A stretch of 49,453 nt of DNA. Source: an uncultured Algoriphagus sp. GTDB lineage: Bacteria > Bacteroidota > Bacteroidia > Cytophagales > Cyclobacteriaceae. The number at the start of each line of letters is the position of its first letter. Positions within the stretch are counted from its first letter, which is position 1. Shown piece by piece: positions 28,627 to 38,202 of the stretch. The notes under the pieces are model-generated. The model ran no database searches and was not told the origin of the DNA. It saw only the letters and a list, made by a program, of their open reading frames with translations. Location: NCBI GenBank assembly GCA_963926065.1, contig CAWUWQ010000150.1:1-49453 (forward strand). Reading direction: 5' to 3'. The translations under genes and the position numbers were made by a program.

Positions 28627-29844
28627 TTGAACCTTTCCTATTTCATCGCCAAAAGAATCAGCTTCAAAGGCTCAGGTGGGTTTTCAGTCACTATCTATAA
28701 AATCGCGGTTGGAAGTCTTGCTTTGGGGCTTGCGGTTTCGCTGATCTCCTTCATGGTTTTAGGTGGCTTTCAGAAGACGATTTCTGACACAGTTTATGGT
28801 TTTACAGGACATTTTCAAGTTCAACGCTTTACTATGAGTAATGATTTTGAGGAATCTCCTTTTTCCTTAAAATCAGATTTTGCTCAAAATTATAAGCAGT
28901 TAGTCCGAATCATTGGAGTCCAATCTTTTGCGCACAAAGCAGCTTTGATTAAAGGTGAAAATGAAGTAGAAGGTGTCTTGATGAAAGGTGTGGGGCAGGA
29001 TTTTGACAGTATTCGATTTAAATCCTATCTGATAGAAGGGCGATTGTTGAAGATCCCTGAGGAGGGAACTTCCAATGAGGTCATGCTTAGTTCTTTTATC
29101 GCCAACAAAATGAATTTGAAGGTTGGTGATAAGATTACTCTGTATTTTGTCCAGGAGCCACCTCGGTATAGGCGAGTGGAAATCGTGGGGATTTTTAGAA
29201 CTTATTTGGAGAATTTTGACGAGAAAATTATTCTTGGAGAGCTTCAAACTATCCGAAACCTCAATGGCTGGTCTGGCGACCAAGTAGGAGGCATGGAGAT
29301 TTTTCTTAAGGACATTGATCACCTCCAATCTGATTATTCTGAGATCGAATCAGCCATCGATTACGATCTCAAATTGATCGATAGCCAGGAAAAGTATTTG
29401 GAAATTTTCGATTGGTTAAAGCTACTTGATACCAATGTCTATGTATTTATTGGCTTGATCGGGTTTGTCGCAATTTTCAATATGGCTGAAATCTTATTTA
29501 TCCTAATCATGGAGCGAACCCAAATGATCGGTCTGCTTAAGGCTTTGGGAGCTGCGAATGCTCAAATCAGAAGAGTATTTTTCTGGAATGGGATTAATAT
29601 TCTCAGCCGTGGACTTTTGATAGGGAATGCTGTGGGACTAGGACTCGCATTTTTTCAGGATCAATTCAGATTTATCCCGCTCGAAGCGGAAAGCTATTAC
29701 ATGAGCTATGTACCAATTGATTGGAACTGGCCCATTTTAATCTTGATCAATATTGGTATAATCGTTTTAACTGCGGCGATACTTTGGATTCCTGTAATGG
29801 TGATCGCTAAAGTGGATCCCATCAAATCAATTAAATTTGATTAA
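28627..29844 (+). CDS. LolC/E-like ABC transporter permease (MacB-PCD/FtsX)
   Basis: N-terminal TM, periplasmic domain, ERTQMIGLLKALGA, three C-terminal TMs. Confidence 0.9.
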   Translation: MNLSYFIAKRISFKGSGGFSVTIYKIAVGSLALGLAVSLISFMVLGGFQKTISDTVYGFTGHFQVQRFTMSNDFEESPFSLKSDFAQNYKQLVRIIGVQSFAHKAALIKGENEVEGVLMKGVGQDFDSIRFKSYLIEGRLLKIPEEGTSNEVMLSSFIANKMNLKVGDKITLYFVQEPPRYRRVEIVGIFRTYLENFDEKIILGELQTIRNLNGWSGDQVGGMEIFLKDIDHLQSDYSEIESAIDYDLKLIDSQEKYLEIFDWLKLLDTNVYVFIGLIGFVAIFNMAEILFILIMERTQMIGLLKALGAANAQIRRVFFWNGINILSRGLLIGNAVGLGLAFFQDQFRFIPLEAESYYMSYVPIDWNWPILILINIGIIVLTAAILWIPVMVIAKVDPIKSIKFD

Positions 29845-30574
29845 GCTTATAAGGGCTGAAGAAACTTTTGACCTTCATCCAAATTACGCCAACCACTGCT
29901 TCTTTGAAGATCCCACTACTCATTTTAGAGGTTCCTTTGGTTCGATCTGTGAAAATGATAGGCACTTCAACTAATTTAAAGCCGAGCTTCCAAGCGGTAA
30001 ATTTCATTTCGATCTGGAAAGCATATCCGATGAATTTAATTTCATGCAATTTGATTCCTTGCAACACTCTTTTGTGATAACACTTGAAGCCAGCTGTAGC
30101 ATCCTTGATAGGAAGTCCTGTGATGAATTTCACATAGACACTTGCAAAATAGGACATTAACACTCTACCGATGGGCCAGTTAACCACATTCACTCCGGTA
30201 ATGTATCGGGAGCCAATGGCTAAATCATAACCCGAAACTGCACAGGCCTCATACAAACGAATCAAATCAGATGGATTATGTGAAAAATCAGCATCCATCT
30301 CAAAAATATAATCATATCCTCTAGCCAAAGCCCACTCAAAACCAGTGATATAGGCTGTGCCCAGGCCCATTTTTTTATTTCGCTGAATAAGATGAAGTCT
30401 TCTGGAGAAATCTGATTGCAGCTTGTTGACTGCTTGAGCAGTGCCATCTGGGCTACCATCATCAATTACTAATAATTCGAAATCCCCGTCCAGATTCATA
30501 ACTTCTTGAATTATCTCAGGGATATTTTCAATCTCATTATAGGTGGGAATGATGACAAGTTTACGGTGCTTCAT
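29831..30574 (-). CDS. Polyprenol monophosphomannose synthase-like GT2
   Basis: IIPTYNE, DDGSPDGT, EMDADFSH, GSRY, GYAFQIE. Confidence 0.93.
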   Translation of the reverse strand: MKHRKLVIIPTYNEIENIPEIIQEVMNLDGDFELLVIDDGSPDGTAQAVNKLQSDFSRRLHLIQRNKKMGLGTAYITGFEWALARGYDYIFEMDADFSHNPSDLIRLYEACAVSGYDLAIGSRYITGVNVVNWPIGRVLMSYFASVYVKFITGLPIKDATAGFKCYHKRVLQGIKLHEIKFIGYAFQIEMKFTAWKLGFKLVEVPIIFTDRTKGTSKMSSGIFKEAVVGVIWMKVKSFFSPYKLNQI

Positions 30575-30670
30575 AAGGGGCAAAGCCTAAAAGTAAGGTT
30601 TACTCTTCATTTTTGAAGAGTGGGGACTATAATTTTTCTGCTTTGTTTACTTTTGGCAAAATTTAAAACC

Positions 30671-31549
30671 ATGCAAAAGCCTGTTGCCATCGTGAGCTAT
30701 GTTTCCACTGGCGCCTACGATTCCAATACCATCGATGAAGATGCGGTCCTTTCAGAACTTCTTACCGAACTCGAGATTCCCAATGAAATCATACCATGGT
30801 CCGTTGCAGGTGAAGAATGGACTCGGTTTTCATCCTTATTGATCAAATCGGTTTGGGATTACTTTGATTTCTATCCCGAGTTTCTCGACTGGATAGCTGC
30901 TCGAAAGGAAGAAGGAATTCCCGTTTTGAATGATTTGGATACCATTCGATGGAATTCTTCGAAGACCTATTTATTAGAAATTGAGGAAAAAGGTTTTCCT
31001 GTGATCGCAGGAAAATTATTGGAAAAAGGATCCCTTTTTGACGGAGATTCGATCTCTTCATCTATCAATGCTGCTACTTGGGTAGTAAAGCCATTAGTCA
31101 GTGGTGGAGCCAAAAACACGGTGAAAATTCATGCTGATTCTTGGCAGAATCAAAGTGCGAAAATTAATAAATTGCTGGAGCAGGAAGATTATTTGGTTCA
31201 GCCTTTTGTAAAAGAAGTACAGGAAGTAGGAGAGTACTCTTTGATTTTCTTCAATGCGAAATTCTCTCATGCGGTGCTTAAAACCCCTGCTAAGGAAGAT
31301 TTTAGAGTACAGCATTACTTTGGAGGGACCATTTCAGTAATTGATCCAATTCCTGAGTTAATGGAATCTTGTCAAAAACTGGTGAATGAATTTGCTTCGG
31401 AAAGTCTTTATGTCCGAGTGGATGGAGTAGTTATTGATGGACTATTTCACCTGATGGAATTAGAAATGATCGAACCCTATCTATTCTTGGGGTTAGCGGA
31501 TCAAGCAATTCCGAATTATAAGGCTGCTTTGAAAGCTCGACTTAAATAA
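30671..31549 (+). CDS. ATP-grasp protein (RimK/glutathione synthetase-like)
   Basis: WNSSK-x-YL, VVKP, LVQPF, DFRVQ, ELEMIEP-x-L; TACTTTTG promoter element at 30648-30655. Confidence 0.85.
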   Translation: MQKPVAIVSYVSTGAYDSNTIDEDAVLSELLTELEIPNEIIPWSVAGEEWTRFSSLLIKSVWDYFDFYPEFLDWIAARKEEGIPVLNDLDTIRWNSSKTYLLEIEEKGFPVIAGKLLEKGSLFDGDSISSSINAATWVVKPLVSGGAKNTVKIHADSWQNQSAKINKLLEQEDYLVQPFVKEVQEVGEYSLIFFNAKFSHAVLKTPAKEDFRVQHYFGGTISVIDPIPELMESCQKLVNEFASESLYVRVDGVVIDGLFHLMELEMIEPYLFLGLADQAIPNYKAALKARLK

Positions 31550-31557
31550 AATCTGGA

Positions 31558-32354
31558 TTAAACGCAGACTTCGGCTTGGTTTTGAGCATAAAGGCTACCC
31601 TTGGATGCTGCCAACTTAAGAATTTGGCAGCCTTCGTCGTTGCCAAGCTTAACCATGCAATAACCTTTCTTAGCCATTGCTTCTACATGGTTTGGGTTTG
31701 CTTTCAATACAGCCTCAAAATCATCCAAAGCCCATTCTAGGTATCCAGCTTTCATCAATGCAAAACCTCTATTATACCTTCCAATATAATGGTCTGGCTC
31801 AAACTGGACATATGAGTTGAAAGAAGCTGCACAGCCCAAAACATCTCCTCGAAGAGCTCTAACCATACCTTGATAGTAATGTACTTTGGCAAATCTGGGG
31901 TTGAGATCTTTGGCCATTTCGAGAAATCGCTCCGCAGATTCATGTTTTTTGAGCATCATCTGTGTCCTGCCTACTAAGTATAGAATATCAAAGTCTTCGT
32001 AATCGATGGTAGCCGCACGAAGTAAATAGAGTTCTTCCTCTTTATAGTTTTTCTTCTCAAAAAGAATTTTGCCGAGTCCCGCAAAAGCCTGAGCATAATC
32101 TTTATCAAAATCAATTATTCGCTCATAATCTGACCTGGCTTTTCCAATTTCACCTATTTCCTCGTAAGAACGCGCTCTGAGATGGAGTGCTTTGACATCA
32201 GTCACATGAAAAAAGAGGAAACCATTCAATTCTGATATCGCCTCCTCATAGTTACCTTTTTATAAATACGCTCGATAGAAGCTAAATCTTCTGAGCAGGA
32301 ACTGAAGGCAAAAAAGATTATAAAAATAGTTATAGTATTTAAAAATCGTTTCAT
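31558..32354 (-). pseudogene. TPR-repeat lipoprotein gene with a 1-nt frameshift (pseudogene or sequence error)
   Basis: ATG 32354 gives MKRFLNTITIFIIFFAFSSC (lipobox); one extra A in the A5 run (32257-32261) joins it to KGNYEEAISELNGF... and the TPR ORF. Confidence 0.8.
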
Positions 32355-32422
32355 AACTAAAGGAAACAAAAAATAAGACTTAGAAAAAATATTTTATGTT
32401 AAATTTTCTGAGCCTGAGTGTT

Positions 32423-33520
32423 TTAAAGTACGCCCTTAGTACTTGGTAGTTGATTGCTATTATTTGGGTCAATTGTCACCGCCATTTTGATGGCACGAGC
32501 TAGACCTTTGAAAATAGCTTCAATCTTGTGATGCTCATTATCACCTTCTGCCTTGATATTCAGGTTACATTTTGAGGTATCAGAGAAAGATTTAAAGAAA
32601 TGGAAAAACATCTCGGTGGGCATATCTCCAATTTTCTCCCTATCAAATTTCGCATCCCAAACAATCCAAGGCCTTCCGCCAAAATCAATTGCGACCTGTG
32701 CCAATACATCGTCCATTGGAAGCAAGAACCCATAGCGGTAAATACCTTTTTTACCTCCCAAAGCTTTTAAATAAGCCTCGCCAAGTGCTAATCCTGTATC
32801 CTCGATGGTATGATGCTCGTCAATGTGTAAGTCACCATTTACCTTAATTTCCAAATCGGTACTTCCATGCTTACCCAGCTGCTCGAGCATGTGATCAAAG
32901 AAATGCAAACCTGTTGAAATCTTGCATTGACCACTGCCATCAAGATTTAATTTGATAGAAATCTCAGTTTCGGAAGTCTTTCGGATCACTTCAGCTGTCC
33001 GCGGAGGCATTTTCAAAAACTTATATATTTCATCCCAATCGGTGGTTACCAACTCAGCTTCTTCGGCTTCATCTCCGATAAAGATGGCCTTAGAACCTAG
33101 ATTTTTTGCGAGCTTCATATCCGTCAATCGGTCTCCAATCACATAGGAATTGGCAAGGTCATAATCCTCCGAAAAGTATTCCATCAGTAATCCAATATTT
33201 GGCTTTCGAGTCACCGCATTTTCATGTTCAAAAGTTTTATCCACATGAATAGCCTTAAAAAAAATATTCTCTTGCTCCAGTGTTTTGAGCATTTTGTATT
33301 GTGCCGGCCAGAAGTCTTTTTCGGGAAAAGAATTGGTTCCCAGACCATCCTGATTCGTTACCATGACCAATTCATAATCCGTTTCCTCAGCGATTTTCCG
33401 AAGGTTAGAGATCGCTTTGGGAAGGAATTCTAATTTCTCCAAACTATCTACTTGAAAATCGCTCAGTGGTTCTTTGATGATAGTGCCATCACGGTCAATA
33501 AATAAAACTTTCTTTTTCAT
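32423..33520 (-). CDS. hisB: Bifunctional histidinol-phosphatase / imidazoleglycerol-phosphate dehydratase
   Basis: HAD motif DRDGT; DEHHTIED and NEHHKIE IGPD motifs. Confidence 0.97.
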   Translation of the reverse strand: MKKKVLFIDRDGTIIKEPLSDFQVDSLEKLEFLPKAISNLRKIAEETDYELVMVTNQDGLGTNSFPEKDFWPAQYKMLKTLEQENIFFKAIHVDKTFEHENAVTRKPNIGLLMEYFSEDYDLANSYVIGDRLTDMKLAKNLGSKAIFIGDEAEEAELVTTDWDEIYKFLKMPPRTAEVIRKTSETEISIKLNLDGSGQCKISTGLHFFDHMLEQLGKHGSTDLEIKVNGDLHIDEHHTIEDTGLALGEAYLKALGGKKGIYRYGFLLPMDDVLAQVAIDFGGRPWIVWDAKFDREKIGDMPTEMFFHFFKSFSDTSKCNLNIKAEGDNEHHKIEAIFKGLARAIKMAVTIDPNNSNQLPSTKGVL

Positions 33521-33526
33521 CGCTGT

Positions 33527-34588
33527 TTAATTTTTTGAAGTAAAAATCTCAGAAAGGGCTTCCACCAAGCGCTCGTTTTCAGCCCGTACTCCTACTGTGA
33601 TCCGAAGGCAATCTTCACAAAGCAGCACTTTTGATCGATTTCTGACGATTACTTTTTTATCAATCAATTCATCATAGACCAGATTTGCATTCGGCATTTT
33701 TACCAAGAGAAAATTAGCATCGGAGGGATGAATTTTATTGATAAAGGCCAAGCTTTCCAATCGAGATTTCAAATATTCGCGTTCTGAAAGAATATCTGTG
33801 ATCATCGACTTCACTTTTTCATAATTATCGATAGCTACCAAAACAGTCTCCTGAGTCAAGCCAGAAATATTATAAGGAGGCTTAATTCGATTAAGAATCT
33901 TGATCAAATCTTTGGAAGCAAATGCCATCCCTAGTCGGAGGGATGCTAAACCCCAAGCTTTTGAGAATGTCTGCATTACAACCAAATTTTTAAAATTCTT
34001 CAATTCTGTTGTGAAACTTGGCTCGTCGCTGAAATCAATATAGGCTTCATCGACAACGACGATTCCTTTGAATTTCTTCAAGAGATATAAAATATCATCT
34101 CGATCGACCTTGTTTCCACTTGGATTGTTGGGTGAGCATATAAAAATGATTTTGGTATGCTTATCGACGGCATCGAGTATTTTATCAGTTCTGAGATGAA
34201 ACCCTGCTGTTAATGGCACTTTTTGAACCTCCACATTATTAATAGAAGCACTTACTTCGTACATCCCATAAGTAGGAGGAAGCAAGATGACATTGTCTTT
34301 TTCTGGAATACAAAAAGCCCTAAACAATAAATCAATTGCTTCATCCGAACCATTTCCCAAAAAAATCCTAGAAGTTTTCACTCCTTTGATTTGGGATATT
34401 TTTTCCTTGAGTTCTAACTGATAAGGATCAGGATATCTGTTAAAGTCTTGCACAGTAATCGATCCAAAAGGGTTTTCATTAGCATCCAAAAAGACACCTT
34501 CCTTCCCTTTATATTCATCCCGAGCGGAAGTGTAAGCTTGTAAGGTCGCAATGTGCGGGCGAAGTAATTTCTCTATTTTGAAGCTCAT
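33527..34588 (-). CDS. hisC: Histidinol-phosphate aminotransferase
   Basis: LDANENP, GNGSDEAI, DEAYIDF, TFSKAWGLASLRLG. Confidence 0.97.
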   Translation of the reverse strand: MSFKIEKLLRPHIATLQAYTSARDEYKGKEGVFLDANENPFGSITVQDFNRYPDPYQLELKEKISQIKGVKTSRIFLGNGSDEAIDLLFRAFCIPEKDNVILLPPTYGMYEVSASINNVEVQKVPLTAGFHLRTDKILDAVDKHTKIIFICSPNNPSGNKVDRDDILYLLKKFKGIVVVDEAYIDFSDEPSFTTELKNFKNLVVMQTFSKAWGLASLRLGMAFASKDLIKILNRIKPPYNISGLTQETVLVAIDNYEKVKSMITDILSEREYLKSRLESLAFINKIHPSDANFLLVKMPNANLVYDELIDKKVIVRNRSKVLLCEDCLRITVGVRAENERLVEALSEIFTSKN

Positions 34589-35880
34589 ACATTACTGGTT
34601 TTTAGTGCATTCAGACGAATGGTGACTGCATTTTGATGTGCATCGAGGAATTCGTTTTTAGCCATTATCTCTACCGTTGGTCCTATAAGCTTCAATCCTT
34701 CTGCTGAGATCTTCTGATAAGTGATCTTTTTGACAAAGCTATCCAAAGACACGCCGCTATAATTTCGGGCATAGCCGTAAGTGGGTAGAGTGTGATTGGT
34801 TCCCGAAGCATAGTCTCCTGCAGATTCGGGAGTGAAATTTCCAATAAACACTGAGCCAGCATTGTAAATGGCTTCCACCACCTCATCCTCATTAGCCATT
34901 GCAATAATCAAATGCTCAGGTGCGTAAAAGTTGATTAGCTCGATAGCTTTTTCCTGCTCAGACATAATAACTATACAGGAATTGCTCAGCGCTTTTTTGG
35001 CGATATCTTTCCGAGAAAGATTCTTGAGTTGAGCATTGATTTCCTTGATTACTTTTTTGGCAAAAATCTCAGTATCTGTCACCAAAATTACCTGCGAATC
35101 CACACCATGTTCTGCTTGGGAAAGTAAATCTGAAGCTACAAAAGCTGGAACAGCAGTTTCATCTGCATAAACCAAGACTTCAGAAGGTCCAGCAGGCATA
35201 TCAATCGCGACGCCATATTTAGTGGCATTCTGTTTAGCTGCAGTTACAAATTGATTTCCGGGACCGAAAATTTTGTCTACTTGAGGAACAGATTCGGTTC
35301 CAAAGGTCATAGCAGCGATAGCTTGTGCACCACCAGATTTGATGATTTTGGTGATTCCGATCATATCTGCGGTAAATAAGATCGCGGGGTGAATTTTGCC
35401 ATGACGATTAGGAGGAGTGCAAAGTACAATCTCGCTGCATCCAGCAAGTTTTGCTGGAATCCCCAACATCAATACAGTACTAAATAAGGGAGCTGTTCCA
35501 CCTGGAATGTAAAGCCCCACCTTTTGGATAGCCACACTCTTTCTTCTGCAAACTACGCCTGGCATCACTTCTACGATCAATTCAGGTGAAACTTGAGCAC
35601 TGTGGAATCGCTCAATATTTGCTTTGGCTACTCCGATCGCTTTTTTCAATTCTGTTGATATTGCCGCTACGCCTTCTTTAATTTCCTCAGGGGATACGAC
35701 CAAAGAATCTAGCTGTACATGATCAAATTCTAGCGCATATTTGAAAAGGGCCTTATCTCCCGATCGCTGTACTTTCTTCAAGATCGGTTTGACTATTTTA
35801 TTGATTGCCTTTGTTTTGAATACTGGTCTTGCGAGTTCTGTATTCCAGGAACTTTTGCTAGGATTTTTTAAGATTTTCAT
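34585..35880 (-). CDS. hisD: Histidinol dehydrogenase
   Basis: GLYIPGG, IDMPAGPSE, SQAEHG, GDYASGTNHTLPT. Confidence 0.98.
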   Translation of the reverse strand: MKILKNPSKSSWNTELARPVFKTKAINKIVKPILKKVQRSGDKALFKYALEFDHVQLDSLVVSPEEIKEGVAAISTELKKAIGVAKANIERFHSAQVSPELIVEVMPGVVCRRKSVAIQKVGLYIPGGTAPLFSTVLMLGIPAKLAGCSEIVLCTPPNRHGKIHPAILFTADMIGITKIIKSGGAQAIAAMTFGTESVPQVDKIFGPGNQFVTAAKQNATKYGVAIDMPAGPSEVLVYADETAVPAFVASDLLSQAEHGVDSQVILVTDTEIFAKKVIKEINAQLKNLSRKDIAKKALSNSCIVIMSEQEKAIELINFYAPEHLIIAMANEDEVVEAIYNAGSVFIGNFTPESAGDYASGTNHTLPTYGYARNYSGVSLDSFVKKITYQKISAEGLKLIGPTVEIMAKNEFLDAHQNAVTIRLNALKTSNV

Positions 35881-35914
35881 GGCTTTTACTTTAAATCAAT
35901 ATTTAAACGAGCTA

Positions 35915-36775
35915 TCAAACAATCATTTTCTCAATAGGTACGACGAGAATACCTTCTGCGCCAGCAGCACGAAGTTCTTCAATGTTTTCCCAAAACTGAT
36001 CCTCCTGAAGCACTGAGTGCACCGAAGACCAGCCTTCTTGGGCCAAAGGAAGAATAGTTGGGCTGCGCATTCCTGGAATTAGGCTAATTATTTTTTCCAA
36101 AGATTCATTTGGGGCATTCAGCAAAATGTACTTATTACTTTTCCCTTTCTGTACGGCATTGATTCTGAAAAGTAGCTTCTCGGCAATAGCCATTTTCCAA
36201 TCTGCCAACTCTTTATTAGCGATCAAAACAGCTTCTGATTTGAAGATTTCTTCAACTTCTTTCAAGCCGTTCATCATGAGGGTAGAGCCTGAGCTGACAA
36301 TATCACAGATTCCTTCTGCCAATCCGATGCTAGGAGCGATTTCCACCGAACCACTGATTTCATGAATGGCAGCATTGATTTTTACCTTTTTCAGGTAGTC
36401 TCCTAGGATTTTCGGGTAGGAGGTAGCGATGTTTTTTCCTTCAAAATAGGAGACCCCTAGATATTCCTGACCTTTTGGAATGGCTAATGAAAGTCGGCAT
36501 TTGGAGAACCCCAATTTCTTGAGGGTAAGTACTTCTTTATCCTTTTCGACTAATTCATTTTCCCCAACAATCCCTAAATCTGCTACTCCATCTGCCACAT
36601 AGCCTGGAATATCATCATCCCTAAGAAATAAGAATTCGATAGGAAAATTGGTGGAAGTGGACTTGAGTTTGCCAGTTCCATTATAAAATTTGATACCACA
36701 TTCTTTGATGAGGCTCAGTGAATCTTCGGATAGTCTGCCGCTTTTTTGCACGGCGATACGGATTATTTGTTCCAT
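35915..36775 (-). CDS. hisG: ATP phosphoribosyltransferase (long form)
   Basis: QKSGRL, RDDDIP, ATSYP, GSVE...DIVSSGSTL, C-terminal regulatory domain. Confidence 0.98.
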   Translation of the reverse strand: MEQIIRIAVQKSGRLSEDSLSLIKECGIKFYNGTGKLKSTSTNFPIEFLFLRDDDIPGYVADGVADLGIVGENELVEKDKEVLTLKKLGFSKCRLSLAIPKGQEYLGVSYFEGKNIATSYPKILGDYLKKVKINAAIHEISGSVEIAPSIGLAEGICDIVSSGSTLMMNGLKEVEEIFKSEAVLIANKELADWKMAIAEKLLFRINAVQKGKSNKYILLNAPNESLEKIISLIPGMRSPTILPLAQEGWSSVHSVLQEDQFWENIEELRAAGAEGILVVPIEKMIV

Positions 36776-36871
36776 TGGGGCTTTTACGCTAAGAATTAAA
36801 AGAGGTGTAATAAATTTTGGCAGACCGCAGAATCCCTGTCATCGACGGCGCCGGGTAGTAAAAAGCATTCC

Positions 36872-36955
36872 TTAGACGGAATGATGGAAATGATGCAGCA
36901 AATGCGATTGCTTGCAGTCAATTAAAAGTTTACTATTTCTAGTCGTGTTTTCCAT
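36872..36955 (-). CDS. his operon leader peptide (27 aa, MENTTRNSKLLIDCKQSHLLHHFHHSV)
   Basis: Five CAT His codons within eight consecutive codons near the C-terminus; stop lies 96 nt upstream of hisG; ATG directly follows a consensus promoter. Confidence 0.85.
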   Translation of the reverse strand: MENTTRNSKLLIDCKQSHLLHHFHHSV

Positions 36956-36964
36956 TGTTGATTG

Positions 36965-36995
36965 CAAAGATAGGGATGGAGGTAAAAGATACAAA
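36965..36995 (-). promoter_or_regulatory. his operon promoter
   Basis: TTTG (36992-36995) - 19 nt - TATCTTTG (36965-36972) on the minus strand. Confidence 0.8.
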
Positions 36996-37049
36996 TCTAT
37001 TCATCTGATTATTTGGAGGAATTTGGACTTTTTGATTCGAATTCCCAAT

Positions 37050-37799
37050 TCAATTTTCATTCCTAGATGGGCTTTTCTCCTTTACATGATTTATGATCCC
37101 TTCGAAAGCAAATTCAGCAATCAGTTGATATCCAAAATTAGAGGGATGAATCCCGTCAGGAGCGAAAAAATTCTCCACCAATTCCAATTTGATTTCTTCA
37201 AAAATAAGATTGTTTCGATTTACTGAAATAGACTTCATTTCATTTCGGAGAAATTCTCGCTGTCTTTGAAGATACCCTTGCATGAGTGGGGAAAAAGCCG
37301 GAAAGAGTTGGACTGGTGGAATGTCAGCCAAATAGATCCATTTGGGATGAAATAGTTGCTCAAGCTTCTTGATCAACCCCGCTAATGATTTGGCAAATGA
37401 TTTCGGACTTGTCCATTGAAAACAATCATTTGCCCCAAGAAAAATGAATATTCCTTCTGTCGACTTTGAGTTTTTTTCTAACTCAGCCTCAAAAAGTGGG
37501 AGCGTTTCTGCTATTCGAATTCCATTTTTCCCAAAATTAGAAACGGTATATTCTCCTTTAAAAAGATTGAAAATATGGCCAGCAAGAGTGAAGGCAGTTG
37601 TAGTTGCACCAACACCAGCTACAGTTGATTCACCTATAAGCAATAGTTCAGATGTTTTTCCTTCGAAAACTAAGCGGTCTGAAATGGCTGGTAGATTGGG
37701 CACTGACCTTTTGATCTTCCAAGCTTCGTAGGCCAAGTAGGGCAGAAGTGGATAAAGACGGGTTTGAAAAAGTAAATAGGAGAGATCGATTTTAGACAT
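37050..37799 (-). CDS. SGNH/GDSL hydrolase family protein
   Basis: GESTVAG (block I), GAND (block III), DGIHP (block V); ATG overlaps the upstream TAA (TAATG). Confidence 0.9.
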   Translation of the reverse strand: MSKIDLSYLLFQTRLYPLLPYLAYEAWKIKRSVPNLPAISDRLVFEGKTSELLLIGESTVAGVGATTTAFTLAGHIFNLFKGEYTVSNFGKNGIRIAETLPLFEAELEKNSKSTEGIFIFLGANDCFQWTSPKSFAKSLAGLIKKLEQLFHPKWIYLADIPPVQLFPAFSPLMQGYLQRQREFLRNEMKSISVNRNNLIFEEIKLELVENFFAPDGIHPSNFGYQLIAEFAFEGIINHVKEKSPSRNEN

Positions 37800-38152
37800 T
37801 ATCCACCAGCTTTTTTGGCTTTGTACCCTTCTGATTGGAGGATCTGTACGACTTTGTCTCGGTGATCTCCTTGGATCAAAATTTCCCCATCTTTTGCTGA
37901 GCCGCCTACCCCACATTTATTTTTCAGCAATTTTCCTAAAACCGCTAATTCAATATCAGTACCTAAAAAACCTTCAATCAATGTTACTTTTTTGCCTGCT
38001 CGGGCTTTCTTATCTAACATCACTTTAAGATTTTGTTGGTTATGAGCTAAGCTATTTTGTTCGTCATTGGATTCGTGTTGAAATTCGAAATCATCACTGG
38101 TAGAGTAGACCATTCCATCCCGTTTTTTCCAGTCGTTATTTTTCTTTGTCAT
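37799..38152 (-). CDS. yciH: SUI1/eIF1-like translation initiation factor (YciH)
   Basis: R-x-GKKVT, LKNKCGVGGS, IQGDHRDKV. Confidence 0.93.
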   Translation of the reverse strand: MTKKNNDWKKRDGMVYSTSDDFEFQHESNDEQNSLAHNQQNLKVMLDKKARAGKKVTLIEGFLGTDIELAVLGKLLKNKCGVGGSAKDGEILIQGDHRDKVVQILQSEGYKAKKAGG

Positions 38153-38156
38153 GATA

Positions 38157-38185
38157 TAAAAATGCCTGCTCATCAAAGCAGGCAT
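38157..38185 (-). terminator. Terminator-like hairpin between usp and yciH
   Basis: Minus strand ATGCCTGCT-TTGATG-AGCAGGCAT followed by TTTTA. Confidence 0.65.
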
Positions 38186-38202
38186 CAATTAATAAATAAT
38201 TA

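Noticed and set aside
32377-32404. TTATGTTAAAT (XerD-arm-like) at 32394-32404, also at 4189-4199
   Set aside because: Neither has a convincing XerC arm 6 nt upstream, so I cannot support a dif site call.
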